A stretch of DNA of 61,939 nt, filler included, from Choristocarpus tenellus KU-1152 (Eukaryota > Protista > Phaeophyceae): assembly GCA_964200185.2 (NCBI GenBank). It is 13 parts of 13 records of this genome, joined end to end, with 100 filler letters (N's around TTAATTAATTAA, not from the genome) between each part and the next. Parts side by side here need not be neighbours in the genome. Positions count along the whole stretch, not along the records: positions 24,435 to 27,151 come from CAXNAD020025343.1; positions 27,252 to 29,958 come from CAXNAD020025448.1; positions 30,059 to 33,721 come from CAXNAD020018655.1; positions 33,822 to 39,523 come from CAXNAD020009968.1; positions 39,624 to 45,249 come from CAXNAD020010207.1; 8 more parts are not named here. One strand, given 5' to 3'. The notes under the pieces were generated by a model, which was not told where the DNA came from, ran no database searches, and saw only the letters and a program-made list of their open reading frames with translations. Below are positions 25,977 through 39,759 of the stretch, piece after piece (the first letter of the stretch is position 1; every line of letters begins with the position of its first letter). The position numbers and the translations under genes are program-made.

Positions 25977-26232
25977 GAGTCAAAGTATCTTACAGGGTAG
26001 AGTCGCGTCCATTTGAACCCAAAAATTAATGTTCCGATTTTGATGTAGTTTTTACTATCGTGTTTGTTAGGAAGTGTCAATATATCTGTTCCGAACACAC
26101 CCTTTCATAAGGTATATATTTTACCTATTCCGAAACATATCGGTGTAGGAAAATGTCATAAAATACCCGTGGAATGCCAAGCCCAAACGGACAAACAGAC
26201 CAAAATTCGTACCCTCTAAGATACTTTCACTC
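25977..26232. mobile_element. MITE family 1 copy
   Basis: TIRs GAGTCAAAGTATCTTACAGGGTA / TACCCTCTAAGATACTTTCACTC; flanks share only AAA. Confidence 0.92.
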
Positions 26233-26419
26233 AAATGAAAAAGAACTCATGGGTGGAAAACATTACGTCTCCAAAAATAACAGAACAGGAAGAGAAGAAA
26301 GAAAAAAATATGATGCAAGAAAAATCAACCCAAAAAAGATAATACAATGAGAAATCAGCATTCAACAAATAGTGATGGTGGTGATGTCGTGACTTGGCCG
26401 ACCTAAGATGCTGCTTTAG

Positions 26420-26880
26420 TGCGGTGTACGTTTGCTAAGACAGTTTCCCTTAAATATCATTCTTCCATGAAGCTCGTTGTGTCGGCAGCTACACACTCAT
26501 ACCACTTCTGTTGGTTAGAGGCACTAGTACTTCAACCCACCCTCAACCATAATCACAAACATCTCAACAAGGTCGTCTTGGAAGCATATTTGCCCAGTTC
26601 TTCCCCTGTCCACCTTTCTTCCGTTTTGCAGCAGCAAGCTCCCTAAACACAACACCCTCCTTAGGAAGTTCCTCCTCCCCCGTGCGTGCAACTGACCCAG
26701 CAATTTGGAATCTCTGAATTGCGCCCAGTTGCTTCAACACCCTCACACCTTGTTTTCACAGGGGCACCTACGTAGAATAAAACATGGTCCGTGTGATGCA
26801 ACCAAGTCCATGATCTAAAGATACACTCCCATCACCACAAATTTCTCCTTCGTTGTATTGGATTCCCCAACGGACATTAG
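26420..26880 (-). mobile_element. RTE-clade LINE 3' fragment, decayed
   Basis: QRFQIAGSVARTGEEELPKEGVVFRELAAAKRKKGGQGKNW fits the RTE C-terminal G.V.RM...RLPK....GEL......G...W pattern. Confidence 0.6.
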
Positions 26881-29800
26881 TCATAGTGTTTGGAACTGTA
26901 GAACTGTAGAACACACCATCGCCAATTGGCATCTAATTCAAAAACACAACACCAACAATTCAACTTGAACCTCCCTCTAACCCTTACCCCACACACCTAG
27001 CAAGTTAATCTCTGGCTTTGTGTTAGAATCTGATATTTTGACCCCTACAAGATGACGAGCCAACATCTATGTGGGCGGCTCATTTCTAGTTTTGCATTCA
27101 TCTAGGTACAGGTGACCCAAAGTATCTGGGAGGGGGGGGGGTCTACACCAGNNNNNNNNNNNNNNNNNNNNNNNNNNNNNNNNNNNNNNNNNNNNTTAAT
27201 TAATTAANNNNNNNNNNNNNNNNNNNNNNNNNNNNNNNNNNNNNNNNNNNNATGCTTCCCTAGGTACCCCCCCGGGGGCACAGGAGTAGGTAGATGGGAA
27301 GATAAGGAAGACAGTAGTACAATATTTGATAGCGGTGGAGTAACTGATTAGTGGTTTCCACAATGACAAATGTTTTATTTATAGTGTTCTTATGTTTACG
27401 ATATTTTATAACGTAATGACACCTGATTTGCTGAAGTGCATCACGGTAGGTCTAGTCTTTGAGATGTACTGATAGTAGATCTTCTTTGACCAAGACAAAC
27501 CCAACGCAATGCAGATGGGCCACACGTAAACAGTTGAAAATGGTCAGGGAGCTTGAAAGTCGAAGTTATGGGACAATAAGCAGCCCAACTTCTATCGCCA
27601 CAGGCGACGACAATGATGGAGAGCTGCTCCCCTTGACAGTTGAATCACCTTTGGACCACAGCACAATCGGGGGTCACGTAGCGATTTCTGCACAAGATGT
27701 GGGAGCACAAGGGCTGGAAACTGGAGACGAACGGCAAAGTAGAATATCCTCTTTCTCACCTGAGATCCACTTTGACGAGAGGCTAGGGGATGAGACTTCA
27801 ACCATCTCTCACCCAAGTGAGATAAATTATGATGTCACTTTACCCGAAGTTCAATACATCATCTGACCTCACCTATGGTTGCATGCACTATCTCTATGCA
27901 ATTGCAATGCAAAGCGAAATATAACTTAGCTGAGAAAAGGTACCCGAAGTTACTCGTTGCTCCTACCGGAGATATTGTGTACTATAGTGGTAGCATGTTG
28001 TTGATTAAACAGCGTATCGCCCTACTTGATTCCGCCTTCAAGTCATGTACTTTTCAACGGAGGAGTTTAGCATCTACAACCCCAACGACCACCACAAGGC
28101 CAGCTTTTCTGCTCTAGATGAGCTGGATCAACACTCGAACAAGGTGATTGTAGTGTTACGGTTGGTGCGTTCTGCCGCCTGTACTATACCTCTCCAACTT
28201 CCCACTCAGGTGAAATATTATCTGAACTATGACTCTCCATGCAGTCCAATACTCGCTGCGACACCGTAGAACACGTATTCAATGCTCTACACAGGTCTGT
28301 AGAGCGGGTTTTGGTTGCACACTTGCTTCACCAGCTCTGGACGAGGCCGTGGCAACTGTAGTCGAGGTCGCCCTCATGTTCCGGTCGAGGCGAGTGGTAC
28401 CCCCTGTATCCTCTCTGTCCCCTTCTCCTTTGACGTCAGTACCTGTTTCTTGGGAACTATGCAGAAGTCCCAAGAGGATAGCGCGAAATTCCTGGGGAAG
28501 GAGAAACAGGAGTTGGCCTGGATATTTCAAGGGAGATCACCTCGGTTCACACGGTTTGGGGTGCTTGTGCTGGTGAGGAGGGAAGGGAGGATGTTGGGGG
28601 GGTAAGAAGAGCTCGTGAATGGTGACTGTGTGACACATGGTGCACTGGGGCTCTAGGAATGAGTTTCTATCTCGAATCTGCACTTTGTTGTTAGGTGATT
28701 TAACGCACAGTTCATGAAGGAGCTAGTCGTTGCACTGCTGGTGCTGTTTGAATACTCCTGACACCTCCTGCTTATACTTTGCAGCTGAAATGCTTGAAGG
28801 GGAAGTTGAGGTTCACAAGTGGGAAGGTGTGATGTCTTATTATGTTGAATAGGGGGTTTGAATATGTAGACCTAGTTTTTCAACATCTATTTACAGTGTA
28901 TGGTGTATGTGTTGTCACTGAACACCTACATGCTGCATGGCCATTGCTAGTGCTGTTTTTGAAATGCGACTGTTGGGTAAGTAGATGTGAGTAGCAGTAG
29001 GGTCCTCTGGATGTGCAAGAACTGCGATTCACCTTTGCAGGCGCTTCTCATCCCACCTTTGACACACACACACACTCTATAGCTGGGTTAGGGTTAGCAT
29101 CTGTGCATTAGATTGTGGACTATTACAGCTTAAGAGTATTGTATTGGTTATATATATATGCACACAATGATGAAATAGAGCTGTTCATTATGACATCTAC
29201 AAAGTGTCAGTGGGCATCAAAGTAGTATGAAACGCGAACAGGGTTCTTCAACACCAACTATGAATAATATTGCATTGGTCTGGTTGAGTTCGTGATGGAA
29301 AATGCTAAAATATATTGTTTGTGACAACTTTCCCTTTTAGTGTGGTCACCATGCACTCCTAACAGCCTGCCATGGTGTGCACAAACAAACGACATGACAT
29401 GGGAGGTGAATGTGAAGCCTCCATTGGAAGCAATGTATGTAAGCATGTATCAGGGAAGTTACATCTTCTTCAATGATTCACAATCCTCCCAGTAGAAGAG
29501 CACCATTACCTCATGATGAAGAGTAGGGATTGTAGAGAGGCGTTTTGGAGCCCTCACCTGTGCACTTAAATGGGTGTATGGTGATAGAAGGGTTTTGCCC
29601 CGGCAGTGTTCCAGCAGTTTTGAGAAAACATGTCATTTGAAATCGATTGCAGGGGTTTTGCCTGTCCTAGCCCTGACCCCGACACTGACCCTAACCCTAT
29701 AACCTAAAGATATGAAAAACCTCATTTTTTCTGGTATGGTTCATCCTGCAGATCACTCTCCTCCCATTTGGTGCACACTTTGTCAAGAACAGCCTCAGTT

Positions 29801-31445
29801 CCTTGGAGGTTTACTTCTTGGAGGTGAGCTTTGATGCCACCGAATCGCTGGGCGGAGGGGGAGGGGGGGGGGGGGGGGGGGGGGGGGGGAAACTTTGGTA
29901 ATCCCCCCCCTCCCCTTTCTTGGGGGGGAGGAGAAGGTGGGTTTGTTCTTTAATTTATNNNNNNNNNNNNNNNNNNNNNNNNNNNNNNNNNNNNNNNNNN
30001 NNTTAATTAATTAANNNNNNNNNNNNNNNNNNNNNNNNNNNNNNNNNNNNNNNNNNNNTTCTGTAAAATAACTTTTCCTTGTTTTTGTCCAAAAGGACAC
30101 GCTGGGGTGGTCCCCCCCCCCCCCCCCCCCTCCCAGATACTTTGGGTCAAATCACCGGCTACTCTCGTACTTTACAGGAAGGCGGCCCCCGAAGGATAGG
30201 CACCCTCACATTGTGGTATGCCTCTGCTGTGGAGCTTGGGTGTAAGCCCAACCAAGCAATACGCCAGGTAAGTACCAAAAAAAAATTGTAGTAAAACTCC
30301 CATGACGTTGTTCTTCCAGTGGTCTCTGTTTCAATAACAGGTATGTAGAGGAGAGTCCTTGTACCTGTGGACCAGGAGCTATCGTCTTCCGACCTTCCAA
30401 TAGTGTATACTCCATAGTGTGAGAATATGAATTAGTACAAAAAATGGTTTCATACATACTATGATTGGGGGGTAAGGGGGGCCTAATCCCTCCAGAGGTT
30501 TTTTCCCTGTCAATAGAACAGACTATATGCAGCATTCAGTCAAGAGAATGACTTCGCCCTGCCTCATCTCCTATGCCTTCAATGTTGTCTTTCTTTCTTC
30601 CTCCTGTGTGTGTATATGTGTGTGTTGGTATCACTCCAACAGTTCAAATGTTTGTCTATGTTGTGCCAGTATGTATGAAGAGTTCAAAGTATGTGCAACC
30701 TCCTCATCATCCTAAAATATGTGCCCAAATCGTCTTTATTTCAGACAAGCACGTAATTCTTGTTATTGTTTTATTCAAACCCTCATATCCCTGGCTCTTG
30801 ATTGACCACCATGGGTTCTTAGGAGCTCACGAAGAAGACACTGTGTAGCAGAATGATTTCACAAACAAAATCGAGTTCGACGAGGCAAGACGTCAGGGAG
30901 CACACCAAAAGTGAGCATAAAAGGTAAATACTTGAAAGAAATTTAGTCCTTCAAGGTAGGGGCTGGAAGACATGAGAGTGCAACACACAGATTTATATTT
31001 CATTGTGGGGGAGCCACGACTGCTGGCCTCAGTCTCTAAGTAGCATGCAAAGTAAGTAAATGCAGTTGATGCTACAGTCCTGTGAAGTATTGCAGAGGGC
31101 TCAGTTACAAAGTCGTTCTTGGTCATGTTACAGAGGAACGGACATTGAAATAAAAACGAAACTATAAATTGTTGACCCAGATGGAAGTGGGTATGTCATC
31201 TCTGAAGGGGTTGTAAAATCAGATAACCATTACAAAAACCAGTCAATGAAGTAAGGTGGAGGAGTTGAAGGCGGAAGTTGGCGGATGGGTGATATTATTA
31301 CGGTTTTGTATCAGGTACGGATGTTGAGTTCTATATATCAGAGTACACATCTGGGGTACACACAAAACCAAACTGTAGATAGCCAAGGGGGGAAGCAGTC
31401 TCAGGGGTTGACGCAGTGAATAACAAGAGGGAAGCACTGTGTCCA

Positions 31446-31674
31446 GAGTGAAAGTATCTTAGAGGGTACGAGTTTTTCCCCATTTGCCCATTGGAGGCTT
31501 GGCTTCCCATGGGTTTTTACGGCATTTAAAATGTATACGTTAGGAAAAGGTGTGTCTGGAACAAGGATATTGACACCCCCTAACAAACACAATAGCCAAA
31601 ATTACGTCAAAATCGCAACATTGGATTTCGACTCACAAACGAACGCTGCTCCACCCTCTAAGATACTTTGGCTC
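31446..31674. mobile_element. MITE family 1 copy (internal deletion)
   Basis: TIRs GAGTGAAAGTATCTTAGAGGGTA / CACCCTCTAAGATACTTTGGCTC; TSD not intact. Confidence 0.9.
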
Positions 31675-33643
31675 TCTCCTACGTTTCACAAAGTTGCCTT
31701 ATCAACAAGTAGTGGTGGTACAACTGCTATAGGTGGCGTAGATGGGAAGATATAATTTGAAACTCCTACTTCTTTACCGGGGGGAGGGGGGCACAGCTCG
31801 TTGTGCTGTTGTTTTGTAGGGGTGGAAACAGATTTGCCCAGGTGATAAATCTGTTCTTTTTTAGACCCTAGCTTTTCTCCTCATAGTAGTGGGTTTCTGA
31901 CAAATAGATTTTTTTTAGTGCGTAAGGATGAGCAGTAGCAGACTGCCATCTTCTTTTCACACTTGTGTCCACTTCCACGTCAGGAATGATGAGCCATCCT
32001 ATCCTAGATGAGGGTATCATTGAGTATTTGGGGTCCTTGTAACTGCCTACTGGTACGTGTGCTTGTACCATCCTGAATTGTGATTTCGCATTTATGCGGA
32101 GAAACTTTTGTCGTCTCTTCTACAGCCACAGTCTCCGAAGGGAGGTTAGCTGCGTTTCAGGCATGAGAATTGGGTGTTGGGCAGAAGGTTTAGGAGGTCC
32201 CATTGATCCTCAAGAGGGTCTACATCGACCCACCTCCAAGATCGGATGACTCAATGGATGAGAGGGTTACAGGTTATGGAGGAGACTACATTTTCTCTCG
32301 ACTTTTGTTTGTGTAGACGAACATGGAAGAGAGTGATAAGTTTGTCCCAATCACTCTGCACTGTACTTTGCCCTATGCGCCATTGTAGCTTTGGCAGCCT
32401 ACACACACTCCCAGTGGAGGAAGAGAGAGAAAATAAGTCCCATCAGCAGAGGGGTAACGGTGGTTCTTGTTGTACTACACAGATTACACATTTCCACAAT
32501 CCGTTTTGAGCAGAAAGTGAGTGTTGAAGCAAATTGTTATACTACCTATGGTAGTAGTAGTGGTAGTAGTACTAGTATCAGTACTAGTACTAAGAATAGT
32601 AGTAGTAATAGATATGTTTTTGTTCTTGTTCTCAACAACACAAGCAACAAACAACAAGCATGTTCTCAAAAGAGCTTTCAACATCCCAGAAATTGAAGCA
32701 CCTACTCCTTCAACTTTTCTGTGCATGTGCATGTAACCTATGGGTGCAATTGGCATGTGCATTAATAGTACATTTACCTGAATATCCTTTCTTCGCAGTT
32801 GGCACGTAGACTTCACTAAAAACTGTCAGACTGAGTGTGCTAGTATGTGGTCTGACGAGATATTCTTATATCCCTTTTCTCCTCTTCTCCAGGTATCGCA
32901 AAATGCTTGACAAGCACCAAGGGTGGCAGCTTCCGGAAGATGCAATTACTTGCGCTTTTAGTAAGAACAACATTAGTAGTGATACTACCCCTCCAGTAGT
33001 TGATGGGCAGAATTCATCAATTTTGCCTGGGGGCTTATCCGTTGTAAGCAGCATTACAGAGATGGACGGCAATAGCTTGATTATGGAAGGCTCACTCTGG
33101 GTTAGCCCTTCCCAGGAAAGTTTTTCTTTAGAGAAATAATTATTGACTTGATTGGTGTGCCACATAACGACTTCTGGTTCGAAGTCATGTATCCACAAAG
33201 TTTGCGTACCAAATAATATTGCTGACATCCCTTTTATGTCATTTGGTGAGACGTGAGTAAGATGGAGGAGGCTGGCGACATCAATACCATACCAGTTTCT
33301 ACTGTACAACAATCGGAAACAATGCGGTAACTTCAGTGCATCAGACAGCTATGGTGGTTCACTCTGTACACACATGAGGTGCCTCCCTGCATAATTCTCT
33401 GCTTCAAAACTGAACTATTTGTTGTGCTTAATATACGTTGTAGTAAATATGTCAGCAAGACAGACACAATTGTTGACCCAAATTTAACTTCTGCACTTGC
33501 TTGCTGCAGAGCTACAGTCAAATTTACAATCTTTAAACTGAAAGGATGATGATGTTCCACTCACCCTACCACACGAAACACCAAGTAAAAGGATCCTTAT
33601 GTTATTCCATATTACACTGTTGTGCAATTGGGTCAAAGTATCT

Positions 33644-33674
<31 letters not shown>

Positions 33675-33899
33675 GGGGCGGTGGGTTTTGATTCATTATT
33701 GTGTTTGTTTGTCGTCGTAATNNNNNNNNNNNNNNNNNNNNNNNNNNNNNNNNNNNNNNNNNNNNTTAATTAATTAANNNNNNNNNNNNNNNNNNNNNNN
33801 NNNNNNNNNNNNNNNNNNNNNCCAAAAATCGCGACATGAAAAAATTGACCCCAAATGGACAGCCACCACCCCCTCCCAGATACTTTGAGTCAACACCAG

Positions 33900-34560
33900 T
33901 TGGAGAATATTTAAAAACAAGAAACCAACACTCCATCCACAATGTGAACCTAATACAATAACATATATTTTTCTGAAAATAGCCAAGAAACGTGTAACAC
34001 ATACAACCGAAACTCTTCCAAGGCTGGCACTATGAAGGCGACCTAGAAACAAGAGAAAAAAGTTGATTCAGTACAAACTCGCCCACTAGTGTGCTGTCTC
34101 CATCCTGAATCGTATGGACACATTGTAAAATTGTTACTCTTTTGTGCCATTCTGGACAATTCTCTCGGAAATGCCCCCATCTCTCCCCTTCTTACTGCTG
34201 AAACCTTGGTCTCCCTACCATCCACCACATGAGTCACCATCTAATCCAGGAATTGCTCTACCTCTGTGTCAAGACCCCCAAAGATGTCCACCACAAAGGT
34301 GTTGGGGTTACAAATACGAGGAGGGTCAAAAACATCCCTCGAAGTGGTTGTGGTTCTGGTCCTCAGTTGTTCCATTATATTTCTATGTAGCAATTAGGTT
34401 GAATCTCTGCTCAGGTCAAATCCAGCAGGAATCACGTTTCTGGGTAGAGAGGAGAGGTTGGGTTGGACAGTGGTCCACCATGGAGTGCTGCATCCATAGG
34501 CAGGCTCAAGTCGACTACCTTGAAGGGATTCACGTCAGTAATAACATAATAATAGGCGTG
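33900..34560 (-). pseudogene. Possible Ty1/copia gag-protease relic
   Basis: Zinc-knuckle-like GERWGHFRENCP followed, in another frame, by YDSGWRQHTSG (copia protease DSGAxxH-like). Confidence 0.3.
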
Positions 34561-37126
34561 AATTGAAAAAATACCCGCCCCTCTTCCATATTGTTATGTT
34601 ATCGTGTATTCAGTACTTCAGTAATAAATAATATTAGGGAGAGGATAAGATGTTAACTACTTCAAGAAATACCATTGAACTAGTTGAAATACTCTATTGA
34701 ACTAGTTGAAATACTCACTACTACTACATGTAATGCAACCACTATCGTATCCAGTATATTTATTGTATGTACTATATATCCCACACATAATATACCTTGC
34801 TTGTTTTTGGATTGGTTCAAACCTACCTACAACACGACACACACATTTGACTTGACCTTGCTCTTCCGTGTGGAGAAGGCGTGGATGTCAAGTGCCCAAG
34901 GTAGGGCTGTGACGGTGTGCACCCACCTTACCCCCCAGCGGGTTGCGGAAGGGGCCATCCACAGTTGGGGGGGTACAGAGCAACCCAACGTATAGAGCAG
35001 GAACGACATGGCTTCACTAAGGTGTCTCACGGCACTGCTGTTGGCCTCATGCACCGGAGTGAATTCACTGCTGGTGGGTCAAGCATAAGATATAATGGTG
35101 TCCTCTTTCATTCTGTATTTCTCTTATCGTGAGAACCGTTACTCTCATCTCTATCACCCGTCAAGGACATCATCTGGGCGCTATCCATTGACTGCAGTCC
35201 TTTGACTCACTGCCCGCAGGCAATGTGTTCTATAAACTTATTGAGATATCCAATCTCTGTATTATTGGGCATGGTGCTGTATTGGAGTCGGTCCTCCATC
35301 TCTGTTCTCAGACAATATATGTATGATGCGTCATAGTCGATGGAGATGGTCAACGACGGCCTTGCTGCCTGGTCCGATGATCACCAGAGTCAGAGAAGGC
35401 AGCATGCGATAAAATGTAACATTGTGTGCCACTTGTACTTTTCCTGAAGACATATTGTTTGGGATGGACTCCAATAGACTTTCCAATCGCCGTGGCAGGT
35501 TCATCTTCAGGGTGGCACCTCTACTAGGTCCATTTCACTCCACTCCAGTGGTGCTCTTGCAGCGAAGCAGTGGAGGCCATTACCTTTGCGCTCTCTGGTA
35601 AGATGCATTGTCAACTAAGAGAAAGGTCTCGTCGAATTAGACCAGCTCCACCTTCCCCTCACTCGGTTACCCTGTTCGAATATGGAGAAAATTCTAGCAT
35701 TGTCATCGTGTTGTAATCCCTTAGCCAATCCAACTAGTCTGGTGGAACCCTCTTCCGCCATAAAATGATCTCATCCTTGCATACTGCTGGTCGGCCCATA
35801 TATTTCTCTTTAAGTTGTGGCAAAGGAAGAAATGCTCAGACACGAGGCACTGTTGATGCGACAAAGGGTACGACTTAGTGATCGTTGTGCCCTGAAAGTT
35901 ATCACCACCTGTACACAATGGCAGGGCGATAAGTTCTTGCACTTTGCATGGGCTGGGCGTAGAGTAGTACAAGGATGAAGATTGCTTTGTGCTCACATGC
36001 TTCTCACTGGTAGCGCCTCTTCCTCTGAGATCTAGTGAGGTAGGACCCTCAACCCATGTAGGTCTTTTCTCTCCAGTCTGTTGCAGTAACATCATCTACA
36101 TCACATGTCCACACTAGTCTTGCATGTCCTGACATTGTGCAGGTTCTCCTCCAGTTGTGCTTCCCAATCGTTCATTCTTCACTCCCTCCTATCGCCCCCC
36201 TCTTCTCGGTGAAAAAACAGACAAGCAATGACCGAAGCTCGCCTACTCACCTCATGGCAGCTTCTGCAACTAAGTTAGACACATCGCTTAATCTTGGGGG
36301 CAATATTGCAGAGGCCGCTGCTGGTAAGGCAGTAGGCGCTGAGTACCGCCTGCTGGATGTGGAGGGCGCCAGGTAGGTGAAACTTGAAGTACCAAGTAGG
36401 GTGAGATTTTTGATTTGATCTTGATACGGCCCCTGCATGTCGGTGCAGGGGGGAAGAGACCAATATCATGAAGAGGCTGTAGGGGAGTGGAACAGGGGAG
36501 GTGGATTCGACTTGAGTTCGGGTGTGCGACTGGGTAGAGCCCCAAAAGAAGAGGGTTTTCTGCTGCTCTGAGAACAAGCACGTAATGCAAATGTTCGCAG
36601 TATCCTTGTTTCAAGGGTATCGCCATGAAAAAAGGCGCCCACCCACAGAGAGGTGGGGTGTGGTGGTGAAGCAGGAGAAGAGGGGCGCGGGGGAGGTGGG
36701 CGGGCGGGAGGGGGTTGTACGTACGTTCTTGCACGAAAAAATGAGGGTATAAAGTTTTGCTGTTGGTGGAGCTCGGACTCCTGAGACCTAGGTTTGTTAT
36801 AGTGCAATCTCTGTTTGATGTTTGTTTGTTGATGTTTGTTGATGTTTGTTGATGTTTCTCGATTCTCATTCGGTTGTGCTGGAACGACCAATAGGTGAGA
36901 CAAAAGCCTTTTTTTTATTTCTTTATTTTTTTTAATGAACTTTTTTTTGTTTTTTTCTGGCTGCAGTCTTTTTTTTTTTTTTTTTTTTTTTTTTTGTGGT
37001 TTGTTGAAAACCACACGAATTTTTTTTTTTTTTTTTATTTTTTTTTTTTTTTTGTTTTTTCTGTTTTTTTTTTTTTTGGTGTTGTTTCGCCCTTTAGGTG
37101 GGGCTGAAGCCTTTTTTTTATTTTTT

Positions 37127-37162
<36 letters not shown>

Positions 37163-37557
37163 GCTGCTGTTTTTTTTTTTTTTTTTTCATCTGACGAGAG
37201 GTTAGGTGAACACCACACGAAGATTTTTTTTTTTGCGAAAATGTTTTAGTGACTGGTTGTACCTCTACCCATTGGTCAGTTGTGTGGGTCCATAGCGTGC
37301 TCTGCGCTGCAAGTTTTGGGGTACAAGATGAGGCACAGTACCTCTTTGTGACACAACAGCGGTTGCAAACACCTTACCATAGTGTTTTTTCTAGTGTTGT
37401 GTGGAGGAGTGGGGAATGGCGACATGGGGATAATTCTCAGGATACGGAGTTGGGGTTGGTTTGGGGAGTGTGTAAAACCAGCTATTGCAATGTAGATCAT
37501 TTTTTTTTTTTAATGATTCTTCACTCTAGTCCCCGAAGAGGGGGAGGATCCCAGACC

Positions 37558-37940
37558 TGTTACGGTGGAAAGTCGGTCGGAATGAACAGTGATAAGTGAT
37601 ACAGGTATTTGCTTGAGAAAGAAGATACTACGGAAGAGAAGAGAAGAGAAGATGTTTAAAACGCATTGGGAGAAAGAGGAAAAGAGAAGAAGAGAAAGAA
37701 CTCGAGTGTATCTACAGAGGGTAACGGAATGACCTGAGAAGGGTAACGAAGAGACCTGGGAAGGGTAACGAAGAGACCTGAGAAGGGTAACGAAGAGACC
37801 TGGGAAGGGTAACGAAGAGACCTGGGAAGGGTAACGAAGAGACCTGGGAAGGGTAACGAAGAGACCTGGGAAGGGTAACGAAAAGACACCAGATTAGATT
37901 AGATTTCAAGTCGTGTTAGGACGTCGGTAGCACCGTTACA
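37558..37940. mobile_element. Putative LTR (TG...CA) containing a minisatellite
   Basis: Ends TGTTACGGTG...CACCGTTACA form a 9/10 inverted repeat; purine tract GAAGAGGGGGAGGA just upstream; no clear TSD. Confidence 0.45.
37719..37890 (+). repeat. 22-bp minisatellite (GGGTAACGAAGAGACCTGGGAA) x ~7.7
   Basis: Units start at 37719, 37741, 37763, 37785, 37807, 37829, 37851, 37873, with no spacers. Confidence 0.95.
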
Positions 37941-38122
37941 CATTGCCGCGTGACACGGGGAAGAGATTTTTGTTTAAATTAAAAAAAAAAAGAGCCAGAA
38001 AAAGAAAAAAGAAAAAGTTGGAGTTGCACCGGCTCCATCCATCCGATCCGAACAGTGCTGATTACGTCTCACTCGTCTGTGACGCGGGCGATGGTGGGCA
38101 GGGTGCTAGGAACAGTCAACTC

Positions 38123-38159
<37 letters not shown>

Positions 38160-39077
38160 GGTGAGACAAGCCGAATTCGCCAGATGGGATGGGTGAGGGT
38201 ATACGACCTGATCATTTGAGGGCTGGCTTTGCCGGTGCCTTGATGTAGTTGCGCATTGGCCCTAACCCTAACCATCAGCTGTCGCAGGTTCCCTTCTTTC
38301 CACCCTAACCCTAACCAATGAAAGTTATTTGATCCACTGGCCGTGTCTTTGGTGTAAGGTGGTCAGGTGGGTTTGGTTGGGTGCCGTTGTGTGCCTTCTG
38401 TCTGTTGACCTTGATCTGAGAGTGCGTAGGCGGTGTGTCGGTGTGTTTTCGATTTTGTTTCGAATGCATTTTTGTTATTATTGATGTTACTTTTTAGATA
38501 CGATTACTTCAATATTTTTATTATATTGATATAATATTATTGTTGCTGCTGCTGTAAATAGTATATTATTATGGGTGTTACTGTTATTGTTTCGTTTTGT
38601 TATTGTTGTTACTGTTGTTATCGGTATATTCGTTACTATGGATGTTGTTACTGTTGTTACATTTCTTATTGTTGTTATTAGTATATTTGTTATTAGAAAT
38701 TGTGTATTTAGTATTATGGATGTTGCTGCTGCTGTTAGTATTATTATTATTAGTAGTAGTATATCTGTTACTATAAATAGTATATTTATTATTGTTGTTG
38801 TTTCATGGTCATGGTACATGTCTCCGCTGGTTTGGCAAGTGCAAATGGGGGGTATCAGAAGAAATAACGTTTCACATGCTTGTTGAGGGAGGCGGGCAGG
38901 TGGGTGTCCTAAGATAGTATAATATGTGACTGTTGAACCATGTTTCATACAGGCGTTTTTGTTTGTGTGCTTAGAGGCTAGGATTAGGGCTAGGGTTCGA
39001 CTAAGAAGAATCTTTTACCTTCTAGGGGGTGCTGTGGTTGCAACCAATATCGCCACCCTAACATCCTGAGCAGTAGT

Positions 39078-39123
39078 GTGGTGGTGGTGGTGGTGGTGGT
39101 GGTGGTGGTGGTGGTGGTGGTGA
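39078..39123 (+). repeat. (GTG)n microsatellite; others: (AG)n 38126-38157, (CA)n 46070-46142, poly-T 36900-37190, poly-C 8362-8414, TTG/TTA low complexity 38470-38800
   Basis: Directly visible simple repeats. Confidence 0.92.
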
Positions 39124-39759
39124 TGGCTGGTTTGAGAGTGACTGATAATGCTTGTTTTGAGGATGAGCGTACTCACTACTGTACCTGTAAGGCGTTCGTC
39201 CATCTGAAGGTTGAACCCCTAACCCTAAATCAAATCAATTTCCGAGTCGTGCTTGTGTTGCAATGTGTATTAGTGTATTGCCTCATCGGAACGGACTGTA
39301 CAAAGGTATGTAACTAAGTGTAACTGTAGGAATGTAACTGTAGAACTGCTGTCCAATGGCATGCAAAAGGACCTGTCGATTAGTTAAAGAACCTCGTACC
39401 GTAAACAGCGGTATCATCTTCCGTATCATCGGTACGATTTATACCACTATACTAACCCTCGCCGATACCGGTCCCCCCCCCCCCCCCCCCCCCCCCCCCT
39501 ACACCAAACAACACACTCTTTAANNNNNNNNNNNNNNNNNNNNNNNNNNNNNNNNNNNNNNNNNNNNTTAATTAATTAANNNNNNNNNNNNNNNNNNNNN
39601 NNNNNNNNNNNNNNNNNNNNNNNATGCACTTTTCCTGATTTTGGTCCAAATGGACACCCTGGTGTAGACCCCCCCCCCTCCTCCCAGATACTTTGGGTCT
39701 TCGATGATACTCTGATTGCAGAATATCTCTTATCGATTATGGTGATATTGCACACTAAG

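Noticed and set aside
29750-33140. Host gene exons (cag...gtgag at 29751-29823; acceptors near 32125, 32317, 32892)
   Set aside because: No consistent open spliced frame or recognisable domain could be built, and the interval spans a linker.
36895-37249. Poly-Phe/poly-Lys ORFs; also poly-His/Val at 39015-39317 and CV/HT ORFs near 46070
   Set aside because: They arise from homopolymers and microsatellites; the poly-T block may be low-quality sequence.
37719-37890. CRISPR-like array
   Set aside because: The 22-bp units abut with no unique spacers, the context is eukaryotic, and no cas genes are present.
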